Assembly (NCBI GenBank): GCA_965197925.1
Contig: CBDAOC010000019.1
Span: 416,001-480,000, forward strand
Length of the DNA stretch: 64,000 nucleotides
Source of the DNA: Nitrososphaerales archaeon
GTDB taxonomy: Archaea > Thermoproteota > Nitrososphaeria > Nitrososphaerales > UBA213
Direction: 5' to 3'
Of this stretch, positions 43,016 to 53,913 are shown piece after piece. Within the stretch, counting starts at the first letter, position 1. Each line of letters starts with the position of its first letter. The notes below the pieces were generated by a model that did not search any database, had not been told where the DNA came from, and worked only from the letters and a program-made list of their open reading frames with translations. The translations under genes and the position numbers were made by a program.

Positions 43016-44031
43016 TTAGATTGCGTCATTCACGGTTGTCTTTTCCTGTGCCACCCTGACCAGGGTTTCATGTCGTTTTTTCCTTTCCTGCCATAACTCC
43101 TCACGCAGTATTTTCTCAACCTCTTCCCAGTCAATTTTGCATTCATGTGCATACCTGTTTATCGCATTGAATATAGAGCGTGTCCTGCTTTCAATTGCAC
43201 CGGTTCTATTCTGGTTGAAGTATAGGTACCACCACAGGCATGCCCATACCTTGTCCCGGCCATTTTCTGCGAGCAATTTATCCATGAGATCCCTTGCAGG
43301 CATTTCCGCCCCGTGAAAATCCTTGGCGCACTTGTTGCATCCATCCCGGTAATAGAGTATACCATGTAATTTACCTAGCTCACTAATCAATGCAATGCGG
43401 AATGGGTTGTGCGTGTGATAAGTGTATTTTCCTATCCTGAACTGCTTGCGCAGCAGCATCGAGCGGTACAGCCTGGTGAACCTGTGCAGTTTCATTGCGT
43501 TCTTGTACCCAAATAACTTCTGGAAGTTGTCCATCTCCTCATCCGATATCGAGGTAACAATCTTGAAATCCGTGTCACGGAAGAACTTCTCAAGTGCCTT
43601 GCTATAGTGGATGTTCATGAACACGATTACCGGGTTCCTCACCTCGTGCCTTATCGTCGTCAGGCCTGCCGCCAGCTTGTTGCGCTCGGGTTCAGACATC
43701 TCTGCAAAGGTATAACTGGCATCATCGAATTTCAATATTGATGGTGCCTTTGGCATCTTCTTTATGATGTTGTGAACATCCATCAGTTCATCCGCCCCGT
43801 AATCGTAGACTGCAAAGTTCTTCCTCTCATGCAGCAAGTGGGATAACAGGGAAATTATCGTGTTTTTCCGGACCCGCTGTGCCCTATCGATAGTATGCCC
43901 GTGTAGCCGCTTAATGAGTTGTGGTTGAGGATATTGTTGATTACCAGGTTCGGTGAGTGCTTCTGCAGGATTGGGATGCCTAGCAGCGTCGTGGTCCTCT
44001 CACCGAAACGCTGTTGTTCTTGGTCGCTCAT
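43016..44031 (-). pseudogene. P-loop ATPase (A32/Zot-like motif layout), 1-nt frameshift just after Walker A
   Basis: GHSGSGKT, frameshift near 43860, then TIISLL; Walker B ILKFDD; IRH...VFMNIH...LEKFFR. Confidence 0.75.
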
Positions 44032-44311
44032 AATTCCATATCCTTGAATGTGCTCTGGAGGTATTCGCTGATGGTATCTTCCAGTTTTGGCAGTGCGTCG
44101 TTAGCCCACTCCACTGGGCAATGCCCATTGACGACGGTCTTGTATCATCCCTGCTCGGTGGCCTGGGTAGTTTACACCGTGCTGGTTTTGGCAGGACGCT
44201 GTTCATTGCGTTGATGCATAGCATGATATCATATACCTTGCCCTGCTGGATGGCAAATACTATGCCCTGCCTGTATTGTTGTAGTGCCGTTGTAAGTATC
44301 TGTAGCCCCAT
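44028..44311 (-). pseudogene. element ORF1 (about 94 aa), 1-nt frameshift
   Basis: Homologue of 12212-12498. Confidence 0.7.
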
Positions 44312-44494
44312 GTAGTAGTAGTAGTAGGGGGAGGTAGTTAATGACGTTGAAAAGCATTATAACATATTATATATATTATAGGCACTTCGTTCCTTCGTAT
44401 CGTCTGGCTACCCCCTGAAAAATGTTAATGTTTTTGACTTATTACTTAACTTTTTTAGTTCACTTTAACTGTTCCAGAACAGTTAATATCCCGT

Positions 44495-44569
44495 AATTTA
44501 GGTAGCCCCCTTTACGTAAAGAGGGCTACCTAGTACACACCTTTTTGCAAAAGGGGGGCTACCTAAATT
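44495..44569. repeat. tandem palindromes near the element right end, copy 2
   Basis: AATTTAGGTAGCCCCC...GGGGGCTACCTAAATT with internal TTTACGTAAA and TTTTGCAAAA. Confidence 0.85.
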
Positions 44570-44607
44570 GAAAAACCTGTTAACTTCCCCCTACTTTATG
44601 CCAAACG

Positions 44608-45627
44608 TCAAGTTACAGGCACGTTATTCCCGATATACTGTCTTCTAGATTTATTTCCATACTTTATTGGTGAATCTTTTTCCCAAGCTACATACTCCCA
44701 TTTCCAATGTGTATGATTATTGTCATATTCAACCATAGCATGATTCGATGTATTCACAAAAACCACAGGATTGTTTTTTGAAAGATACCAATGCAATATT
44801 GATCTTTCAGGTGCAGGAGGTTCATCCTCATGTATACTGTCATAATAAAGGCAGTAGCCTCCACTGTGAATATCTTCAAAAATAAAATGAATAGCTACAT
44901 TATTTTCTGACTTGATCTTGAATGACTCAATATCCTTTATTCTACCATATCTTATCTTCCGATAAAGTCTATAAGGCCAATCGAAGACCCAATGTTTTCG
45001 AAGCCTTTCATCGTTAAAAACCAAGGATATATCAAAGTATCCGTTGTTATTATTATGACAATGAATTTCACGCAGGAAATTTTTCCAAGCATCTACATAC
45101 GGCTGGTAAATTACTGGTATTAGCCTGTCATCAGGAGGAGAACCTGTATCAAAAATAACATCATGACCTTCTTTCCTCGGTTTTTTTGAAACATATTCCA
45201 ATTCTTCAAACAAATTCTCAAGAGAATCGTCCCTTTCTCCTTCAAGTTGCCAAATCTCACATTGATCAAGGGATCTATCATCTTTCTCAAGGTCATTTTC
45301 TATTTTCAGCTTGATTACTTGTCTTTGATTTTCAGTTTGAGGAATGTTATTTCCAATTAGTGCTTCTGATACTAGCTTTGGTCTTTCAAAATTGATCACT
45401 ATTACACTCATCATTGAATCAACCGAAATCTCTCTCTGTTTAAATCTGCTGTAAATTCTCTCCCTCCTCCTAATTACCACTCTTACCTTTTGATTTCCAA
45501 GTGGTATTAAAGTAAACCTACAATTATCCCAATTCCAACTGCTTTTCTCTTTTGTCCAAAATTCCTCAAAACTTTTCTTTTTAGGTTCGTATTTTTCTTG
45601 GGTATAAGAAAACCAAAGATTTCCCAT
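44608..45627 (-). CDS. hypothetical protein; last about 11 codons supplied by element copy 2
   Basis: 339-aa ORF; the TCTAGA junction encodes SR near the C-terminus. Confidence 0.75.
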   Translation of the reverse strand: MGNLWFSYTQEKYEPKKKSFEEFWTKEKSSWNWDNCRFTLIPLGNQKVRVVIRRRERIYSRFKQREISVDSMMSVIVINFERPKLVSEALIGNNIPQTENQRQVIKLKIENDLEKDDRSLDQCEIWQLEGERDDSLENLFEELEYVSKKPRKEGHDVIFDTGSPPDDRLIPVIYQPYVDAWKNFLREIHCHNNNNGYFDISLVFNDERLRKHWVFDWPYRLYRKIRYGRIKDIESFKIKSENNVAIHFIFEDIHSGGYCLYYDSIHEDEPPAPERSILHWYLSKNNPVVFVNTSNHAMVEYDNNHTHWKWEYVAWEKDSPIKYGNKSRRQYIGNNVPVT

Positions 45628-45786
45628 TATGTTAACATAAGTTTGTACCGATAGATAAGTGATTTCAGGATAATTTCAAGGGTTGTTTTTCATGATAAAT
45701 TTGTCTCCATAATTACAAAAGGTATCAAGATCCCTTAACAACAATATAATCAAATTGGGGTCTAATAGTATTTGAACAATTGATCT

Positions 45787-46775
45787 ACTGTATCGAATAA
45801 TCAACCAGAAGATCGTGAATATTTGATAGAATGTGATTGTGATCAGTTATTATAATTGAGATTCATCCCTGATAGGAATTAGAAAAGGTATTATGTACTG
45901 GTACGAGTGAGAGATACTTCTTGATATGGATTTCATAGATTCACGGCCGGCTAATTAGTGAGAATAAATGAAGGTAAAGTAAGCAAGCAATTCGTGTATC
46001 TAGAATCATTCCTAGCGATGCTTTCTGTTGTGCAGGCTTATCTGCTAACAAACAGGCAGTTAGAAGGATTCACAAGGATGTTAACCAAAAATGTTGACCG
46101 TTCAGATACACCTGAATTCACAAACATAGCATGGAAAGTAGCGAAGATGGATATTAAGATAGACCCATCAATTATGGAAGAGGCTGTTATTATAATAGCT
46201 GCAGATTCCTCTTGCATAAAGGTAGAAAACAGGGGAGAATGGACAAGGAAGAAGTGGTATGTATGGGGATTCATCAAGATGCGTACAGCTATAGGTAAGG
46301 AAAGCAAAGAGATAGTTGTAAAGAGGGTAACTAGGAATGTACCTGAAGGCAAGAAGATGATACCCATGATATAAGGTGTTGAAGATAGGTATCGTGACCA
46401 AAGTGATACTAGATGGGGCTTATCATTCTAGAAGGAACTTCAGATTCCTTATCGATAACTATATTGAATCCACTGATAAAGATGAGAAGATTGCATCGCT
46501 CAAAGCAAAAGGAGGTATATGACCAGGAAGCTATCAGTACCAAAGCAGTAGGAGGATTTTGATGCATGGAAGAAGAATCATGAATATGGACATAGATGGG
46601 CTGCAGTATCGGTTTTCTCTGCATTCAAGGTATTTTTGGTGAACATATGAGGGCAGTCAAATGGTAGAATATGGTAAAGGAACTAATGCTAAACGCATTC
46701 ATATACAACATGTTCATTGCAATGAATCCAAAAAGGTTTGGATAATGCTATAATATAGTAATTATTCGACATAGT
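45787..46775 (+). mobile_element. IS5-family (IS903-like) element, decayed
   Basis: TIRs ACTGTATCGAATAAT / ATTATTCGACATAGT; AADSS.IK...RGEW, DGAY. Confidence 0.8.
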
Positions 46776-46833
46776 GGATATTCCGAAATCTTCATAAGGC
46801 ATTTCAAACTATAAGATGAATCGATAATAATGG

Positions 46834-48198
46834 GTGGACCTGTTTGGAGAAATTAACCCAGACCGCATAAGATTTAAGCGCTTATTCGTAAATGAGAAAC
46901 CTTTTGAATTATATCAAAAACTACAGTCAAAATATAAATATGCATTTATTTTAGAATCATTAACAGGACCGAAAGAAATGTCGGAAATGTCAGTAATAGG
47001 ATTCGACCCCATGTTAATTATTACTGCTAATGAAGGCAAGCTTGCAATAACAGACTATGATGGTAATGAGGAAAAATACGAGGTCACGGAGCCAATGGAG
47101 CAAATTCGTAAATTAATACCTATAGTAAAAGATGACACCTTTAGGTACTTGGGTGGCGCAGTTGGTTATGTGAGTTATGATGCGGTAAGATATTGGGAGA
47201 ATATACCAATGAAGCATGTGAGGACTGGTTACCCAGATATTGAGTTTGGAATATACACTGACGGTATATTATTCAACCATATAGACAATCGAGTTTATTA
47301 CTTCTATTTAGATAAATCTCGAATAGACGATGTAGAGTTTGATGATGCTACTAATGATTCATTCATCTATAATGAACCAACAAGAAATGTTAACGAAGAT
47401 AAATTTGGAAAGATGGTGGATAGAGCGAAGGAATACATTTATGATGGTAACATATACCAAGTGGTTCTCTGCAAGCGGTTCAATTTCAATATAGAGGGAA
47501 ATCCTATATTGGTTTACGAGAAACTTAGAGAAATTAACCCATCACCCTACATGTATTGTCTGAAGATGGCTGATAGATCTATAATTGGGTCGAGTCCAGA
47601 AATGTTGGTAAGGGTAAACGCCAGCAATATAGAAACATTTCCTATTGCTGGTACAAGGGCAACCAGCGTTCATCCTGAAAAAAATATGCAGTTAAGAGAA
47701 GATATGCTTAATGACGAGAAAGAACTTGCGGAGCATACTATGCTAGTTGATCTTGCAAGAAATGATATAGGGAGGGTATGCAGGTGGGGCACCGTTAAGG
47801 TTGATCAGTTAATGACAGTGAAAGAGTTCAGTCATGTACAACATTTAGTTTCTCATGTTGTCGGGAAGCTTAAGAATAACTATGATTCTTATGATGCGTT
47901 CAAGAGTGTATTTCCCGCAGGGACAGTTTCTGGGGCACCAAAAGTGAGGGCAATGGAGATAATTGATGAACTTGAAACTGACGCAAGAGGACCATACGCA
48001 GGCGCACTCGGATACTTTTCATTAAATGGAAACTGTGACTTTGCTATCGTTATAAGGTCAATGTTTGTAAATTCGAATAAAGCATTTATACAGGCAGGAG
48101 CAGGGATTGTCGCTGATTCAGATCCTGAAAAGGAATGGATGGAAACAGAACATAAAGTAAACGCTTTGATGGAAGCTCTGATGAGGGCATCTAAATGA
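46834..48198 (+). CDS. trpE: anthranilate synthase component I
   Basis: NPSPYM, GSSPE, EHTMLVDLARND, PAGTVSGAPK. Confidence 0.95.
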   Translation: MDLFGEINPDRIRFKRLFVNEKPFELYQKLQSKYKYAFILESLTGPKEMSEMSVIGFDPMLIITANEGKLAITDYDGNEEKYEVTEPMEQIRKLIPIVKDDTFRYLGGAVGYVSYDAVRYWENIPMKHVRTGYPDIEFGIYTDGILFNHIDNRVYYFYLDKSRIDDVEFDDATNDSFIYNEPTRNVNEDKFGKMVDRAKEYIYDGNIYQVVLCKRFNFNIEGNPILVYEKLREINPSPYMYCLKMADRSIIGSSPEMLVRVNASNIETFPIAGTRATSVHPEKNMQLREDMLNDEKELAEHTMLVDLARNDIGRVCRWGTVKVDQLMTVKEFSHVQHLVSHVVGKLKNNYDSYDAFKSVFPAGTVSGAPKVRAMEIIDELETDARGPYAGALGYFSLNGNCDFAIVIRSMFVNSNKAFIQAGAGIVADSDPEKEWMETEHKVNALMEALMRASK

Positions 48199-48782
48199 AA
48201 CTACTTGTGATAGATAACTACGATTCATTTACTTACAATTTAGCACAACTATTAGGAGAGTTAAAAACGGAACCAATAGTCATAAGAAATGATATGATAA
48301 CTTTGGAGGAGGTAGATAAAATGAACCCAGATGCTATTGTAATATCCCCAGGACCGGGACATCCTGCCAATAAGAGAGATTTTGGTGTTTGCGCAGATAT
48401 TATAACTAAACTCGGATCCAAATTTCCCATACTAGGCGTATGTCTAGGACACCAAGGTATAATGCATCTCTACGGGGGGATTGTAGGTCACGCGAAGAAG
48501 TTAAGACATGGTAAAACAAGTTATATTGAACATTGGAACACAGATATCTTCGAGGGTCTAACCAATCCTTTCAGGGCTACAAGGTACCACTCACTCGTAG
48601 CTATGTCTAATGCCATACCAAAATGTATAGAAGTCACTGCAAGATCCCTTGACGATGGTGAGATCATGGGGGTAAGGCATAAAGAGCACTTAATAATGGG
48701 TGTTCAATTTCATCCAGAATCTATTCTGACTCATGAGGGTAATAAACTCCTCACGAATTTTCTAAAGCTGGTGAAACGATGA
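48195..48782 (+). CDS. trpG: anthranilate synthase component II
   Basis: IDNYDSFTYN, SPGPG, GVCLGHQ, QFHPES. Confidence 0.95.
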   Translation: MKLLVIDNYDSFTYNLAQLLGELKTEPIVIRNDMITLEEVDKMNPDAIVISPGPGHPANKRDFGVCADIITKLGSKFPILGVCLGHQGIMHLYGGIVGHAKKLRHGKTSYIEHWNTDIFEGLTNPFRATRYHSLVAMSNAIPKCIEVTARSLDDGEIMGVRHKEHLIMGVQFHPESILTHEGNKLLTNFLKLVKR

Positions 48783-49837
48783 TTAGAGACTCGATGAAAA
48801 AATTAGAGGAGCGTCAATCCCTGAAATATGATGAAATGATGGAATGTATGTGTGAAATAATGGAAGGGAATATTGATGATATGTCTATAGCTAACTTCCT
48901 ACTTGCATTGAAAATTAAAGGGGAAACGGTCGATGAATTGAAGGCAATGTTCAGCGTAATGAACGAGTACAGTATCAAGATAAGACCAGTGGTAAGGGGC
49001 AGCCTAATTGATACTTGTGGTACTGGTGGGGACAAGATAAAGACATTCAACATCAGCACTGCGGCTGCTTTCATTGCAGCTGGTGCTGGCGTAAATGTAG
49101 CTAAACATGGAAACAGATCTTCATCTGGTTTGTGTGGAAGTGCTGATGTTTTGGAGTTTTATGGATTTGACCTGAATACCGAACCTGGTATGGTAGAAAA
49201 ATCTATAGAACAACTGGGAATAGGGTTTATGTTTGCACCAAAGTTCCACCCCGCAATGAAGAACGCTTCAAATGCAAGGAAACAACTTGGAACCAAGACC
49301 GCTTTCAACATCCTTGGTCCTTTGAGCAATCCTGCAAACATAAATGCACAAGTTGTAGGGGTTTCCAATGTTGAGTTGATAGACAAGATCATACAACTTC
49401 TAAGAGAAGAAGGTAGGGAACAAGCAATGGTATTTCACTCCATTGATGGTTTTGATGAAATATCGAATACATGCGCTAACCAGATGGTGTGGTTAAGAAA
49501 TGACAATGTAGAGAAATTCGATCTTAATCCTACTAGTTTCAACGTATCTATTGCTGAGGTTACTGATCATAGTGTGTATAGCAAAAAGCAATCAGCAGAA
49601 TATACATTTAGGGTATTGAACGGAACCGCGGATGAGAAAAAAACTGACATAGTTCTCCTGAATGCAGCTGCAGCACTGGTAGTTGCAGATAAAGTTGACT
49701 CATTTAAAGATGGTATAGAACTTGCGAGAAAGACTGTTCAGAATGGAGAAGCCTATGAGAAGCTAAGATCCTTGGTCAAATTCTGTGGTGATATGGGGGT
49801 GTTGGAGGAGATCGAAAAAAAATGGGAAAATTCCTGA
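48779..49837 (+). CDS. trpD: anthranilate phosphoribosyltransferase
   Basis: DTCGTGGD, NIST, KHGNRS. Confidence 0.97.
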   Translation: MIRDSMKKLEERQSLKYDEMMECMCEIMEGNIDDMSIANFLLALKIKGETVDELKAMFSVMNEYSIKIRPVVRGSLIDTCGTGGDKIKTFNISTAAAFIAAGAGVNVAKHGNRSSSGLCGSADVLEFYGFDLNTEPGMVEKSIEQLGIGFMFAPKFHPAMKNASNARKQLGTKTAFNILGPLSNPANINAQVVGVSNVELIDKIIQLLREEGREQAMVFHSIDGFDEISNTCANQMVWLRNDNVEKFDLNPTSFNVSIAEVTDHSVYSKKQSAEYTFRVLNGTADEKKTDIVLLNAAAALVVADKVDSFKDGIELARKTVQNGEAYEKLRSLVKFCGDMGVLEEIEKKWENS

Positions 49838-50616
49838 AGACATTGGTAGATAATGCTAAGAAAGCAATTGATGACCAGAATTACGATTTAAATTTCACAA
49901 TTTACAAACCAGTATTGAGTATGAAAAATGCTATTAAAAACTGTGAATTTGTTCCAATACTGGGAGAAATAAAATTTGCGTCACCATCAGTTGGCGTTAT
50001 AAGAGAGTATGCATCCCCCCAAAATATAGCTGCCGATATGATAGAAGCTGGATGCATAGGATTATCGGTATTGACACAGCCTTATTTATTCAACGGTTCA
50101 GTAGACTATCTTGCTAACATTAGAATGATAACTAACGCCCCTATACTTATGAAGGACATAATAATTAGTGAAATTCAGGTTGAAGCTGCAAAGAAGATAG
50201 GCGCTGACTGTATATTACTTATAGCTTCTATATTCAACGAAAATTTATGCCAAAATAGCATAGATTATTTTACAGAAAAGGCACATAAACTCGGGTTGGA
50301 AGTTCTGCTAGAGACTCATACGGAGGCGGAATTTAAACTGGGAATGGAAACATATGTAGATCTAGTAGGAATAAACAATAGAAATTTGGATACCATGAAT
50401 GTTGATATTAGGACTACTGGAAAAATACTTAAGGGATGTGAGAAGAAGAAATTTGTGATAAGCGAGAGCGGGGTATCTCAAGCTGATCAAATAAGGTACC
50501 TTGTAGGTGTTGGCGTTGATGCGTTTCTCATCGGAACAAGCATTATGCAATCCAATAGTATTCAGGACAAGGTAAGAGAACTAGTAATGGCTGAAGTGCC
50601 TAAAAAAGGCAGTTAA
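49822..50616 (+). CDS. trpC: indole-3-glycerol phosphate synthase
   Basis: EIKFASPS, GINNRNL, ISESG. Confidence 0.95.
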   Translation: MGKFLKTLVDNAKKAIDDQNYDLNFTIYKPVLSMKNAIKNCEFVPILGEIKFASPSVGVIREYASPQNIAADMIEAGCIGLSVLTQPYLFNGSVDYLANIRMITNAPILMKDIIISEIQVEAAKKIGADCILLIASIFNENLCQNSIDYFTEKAHKLGLEVLLETHTEAEFKLGMETYVDLVGINNRNLDTMNVDIRTTGKILKGCEKKKFVISESGVSQADQIRYLVGVGVDAFLIGTSIMQSNSIQDKVRELVMAEVPKKGS

Positions 50617-50633
50617 TTTAATTTTATTATAAT

Positions 50634-51035
50634 TACGATTTCCCGGAGATAGAAGAAGGTGAAAGTGGAAGAGATACATGGAACACATTTACCATAAGGG
50701 TGAAAAGATAGTAAGCAGGAATTTGAACAAAGCATAGTTATGGATTGTAGAAAGAAATGCTTCTTGGCATAAGGTTTAGAAAGTTATTGATAAGGTTCGA
50801 GAAGAAGGATGAGAAATTTCAGACATTAATAGTACTGGCTAACTGTATACTAGTGTATCGAGTGATACAGTGGCAGTCTCATAAACATGTTATTACAGCT
50901 ATTTCTAGCACCTACCATCTACCATACCAACAAGGTCATTAAAAATTAAACTAGGCATTATCAAGCTATATTCTTGGGTATCAATACTTATTTCTACTAA
51001 TTGTTAATTATCAGATAGAATTTTGGGATAAACCC
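50634..51035 (+). mobile_element. IS5-family 3' remnant with right TIR
   Basis: RFRKLLIRFEKK; AATTTTGGGATAAACCC followed by TAA. Confidence 0.75.
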
Positions 51036-51137
51036 TAATCGCATTGTCCTACTTAGGACATCCTTATCAATAAAGGAATTTGTATTTTAAAGTATCAATT
51101 CACAAACTTAATTAGATAAAGTCTCTACATTAGTTTA

Positions 51138-51689
51138 TTGCTAAGATTGGAGAAAATGGGGTTGAGTATAGGGGTTATCTTTGCAAGCGTTATGGTAATA
51201 TTTGCTATCAACCCTATGCAAGATACGGATGATCTTGTCGTAAATTCTGTTAATGAAGAAATTATCAAGCAGAGGGGATCTTTAGGAGAAATTCAAGAAA
51301 GTAATTATGGAGAAGTAGTGTTGAATTATAACAAGCGGCTGCAAGAGATATCTGACTCTCATAACAGTTTATGGAATAGATGGGAGAATAAAGAAATTAC
51401 AGCTGAAGATTACAGTAAAACCACTCTGGTTGAAATGGAGACGATTATTAATCTTGCAGAGAAGATAAGTATTAACATTCCACAAGAATGGGAAGAATTC
51501 TCCAAATACGCGCGGTATCATGTAACGGAATATTTATCATATTTACAGTTAACTTATATGTATGCGAAAGGGGTCGAATCAGGTTCTCTAGAATCATCAT
51601 TGGTAGAGATAGAAAGGGCGATGACAAATCGTCTGGATGCATCTGATCATTATCTTGCACTTGCTAAAGACACAATGCCCGAAACTTAA
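51138..51689 (+). CDS. membrane-anchored helical hypothetical protein
   Basis: N-terminal TM, 183 aa. Confidence 0.7.
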   Translation: MLRLEKMGLSIGVIFASVMVIFAINPMQDTDDLVVNSVNEEIIKQRGSLGEIQESNYGEVVLNYNKRLQEISDSHNSLWNRWENKEITAEDYSKTTLVEMETIINLAEKISINIPQEWEEFSKYARYHVTEYLSYLQLTYMYAKGVESGSLESSLVEIERAMTNRLDASDHYLALAKDTMPET

Positions 51690-51912
51690 TCAAAAAGAAT
51701 TATCTTATTTTGTACGGTGTAGTTAATATTTGAAATAATTTCCTACTTATCCCCATTGGGCTGATAATGGATGATGTAGATTTGTAATCAGTCGTAGCAA
51801 CTATACAATACTGCTGTACCAAGATGAATTTTCTTTATTATTTTAGAAAATAATTTTCAGCATAAGATCCAAAATGGAATTGAATATAACTTAATTTGTT
51901 TGATGATTATCT

Positions 51913-52999
51913 GAGGCTTGGGCGTAATTTAGTTCGAAACGATAAGATCAGGTTCTAGTTTTTATTGTTGATATGTTTAGCTCAGACTCGATACTTCTTC
52001 ATATATTATTTTTGATTGACGTGATTCGGACAAAACCTAATAGGAAAAGAGGTAGACCATTCTACTATTCTCCTACAGTTATGGTAGATGCTTCATCGTT
52101 AGAGTATGGGTAAGAATACCAGGCAACAATGTGTTACATCAATATTTTTCGTTAGACATGCCATACAACAGGAAGGTAATGAAGGCATGTGGTCTTAATA
52201 GATTACCAGACAGAAGAACATTCGACAGAAGGTTCAAGACCATATCAATTGACATAAGATCAAGGATAGGTGCTATGGGTATGCTCTTCATAAAAGATGG
52301 GTTGGTAGACCCAGCCATAGTATCCGTTGACAGTTCATTGTTGAAAGCAAAGGGACATGTATGGCATAGATCAAACATGAAGAAGAATGAAGTGCCACGC
52401 TCCGGTATAGATACAGATGCTCGATGGGGATTCAGCAGAACCAAGGATGGATATTCGGATACAAGATGCATCTAGCATGTAGCACAGGTTCGTTGATAGT
52501 TCCATTATCAGCTGATTTCACAACAGCTAACATTACTGATAACAAGATGTATGAAAGCATAACATCTTCATTGCCTACAGGAATGGTAAGGTATGTTGTA
52601 GGAGATGAAGGATATGATGATCACAAGTTATGTGATTTCAGCAGGTATAGAGGGCATCCAGTATTCCCATTGGAAAGGTACAAGCATACTACAGATAATA
52701 ATAGACTGGCATTGCTGCAGTTCTATAACTCTGAATTTGGACAGCATGTATATTCTCGGAGGAGCATAAGCGTTGAGCCATTGATAGAGCAGATAAAGGA
52801 TGTATTTGATATAGACCCACTACCTGTTAGAGGATTTGATAAGGTAAGGAGTATAGTGTTGTTATCAGTATTGTTGTATCAGGTAATGGTTTACTACAAC
52901 TACTTGACAGGAAGGCCTCTTAGGGCATTGAAGTATATGTTGGGAAACTAATAGTAATAATTTCAAAATAATATTATAATTGAATTATGCCCAAGTCTC
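51913..52999 (+). mobile_element. DDE_Tnp_1-type IS copy 2, frameshifted
   Basis: TIRs GAGGCTTGGGCGTAATT / AATTATGCCCAAGTCTC. Confidence 0.9.
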
Positions 53000-53094
53000 A
53001 AATAATTATTGAATTATTATGTAAATGTCGTCAAATGGGGAGGTTCAAAGAAACCTGGGAGTACTTATTAATAGAATAGAATGAAGGTTTACAC

Positions 53095-53424
53095 ATGAAT
53101 AGAGTGCAAAAAGATATAGACTTTAACAAAGAAGGAGGTTTGGTTCCAGTCATAGTTCAGGACATTGGTACAAAGGATATACTTATGCTTGCCTATGCAG
53201 ATAAAGAAGCTCTTGAGAGTACCATAGAAAGTGGAAAGGCATGTTTCTGGAGTAGATCTAGAAATAAAAAATGGATAAAGGGTGAGGAGTCGGGTAATTT
53301 TCAGATAGTAAAGAAGATTATGGTAGATTGCGATTCCGACGCTTTGGTATACCTGGTGGAACCAACCGGTCCTGCATGTCACACAGGCAACGAAACTTGC
53401 TTTCATAACGAACTACACGGATGA
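53095..53424 (+). CDS. hisI: phosphoribosyl-AMP cyclohydrolase
   Basis: WSRSR...KGEESG, DCDSD, ACHTG..TCF. Confidence 0.96.
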   Translation: MNRVQKDIDFNKEGGLVPVIVQDIGTKDILMLAYADKEALESTIESGKACFWSRSRNKKWIKGEESGNFQIVKKIMVDCDSDALVYLVEPTGPACHTGNETCFHNELHG

Positions 53425-53441
53425 TGTCTTTTCGAAATATC

Positions 53442-53627
53442 TTATGTCATGGATGTGTTGTCCAGATTGGTAATTAACATCGTTCGCAGTATATCTAATT
53501 CTGGATTTGGCTTGTTAACGAAATTGTAACAAAGTAGGCAATAGCATCCAACACAGATCTTGTGACCAATAAAATCTATGTTAAGATCAACCATGGAAAT
53601 ATCTTTATCGTGTTTTTTGCAGTACAT
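53442..53627 (-). CDS. small Cys-rich hypothetical protein
   Basis: 61 aa, ATG start. Confidence 0.35.
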   Translation of the reverse strand: MYCKKHDKDISMVDLNIDFIGHKICVGCYCLLCYNFVNKPNPELDILRTMLITNLDNTSMT

Positions 53628-53913
53628 TCATTACTATGATATCAAGTCTACTCATAAGGAGTTGTTTGTCATTGAAAAGAACATGCTTCCTTGAGTGACG
53701 GTCTTAAGCAAGTGTTAAAAATTGAATAATATTACTTCTAATTCTGAAATTATTATATTATCATTGTACATAATTTATAATTCTAGATGATGTTTTTAGT
53801 GTTATCACAGTTAATAGTGTTTAATAATACTACACTAGGATATGCAATAATTAATTTATATTAAACTTTATCTTAGTTATACTTATCTATGGTATTGTGG
53901 AGGTGCATTCGCT

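Larger units (their letters stand above)
40382..44649. mobile_element. tyrosine-recombinase integrative element, copy 2 (left part lost)
   Basis: Collinear with about 9078-12853; ends at TCTAGA 44644-44649. Confidence 0.85.
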
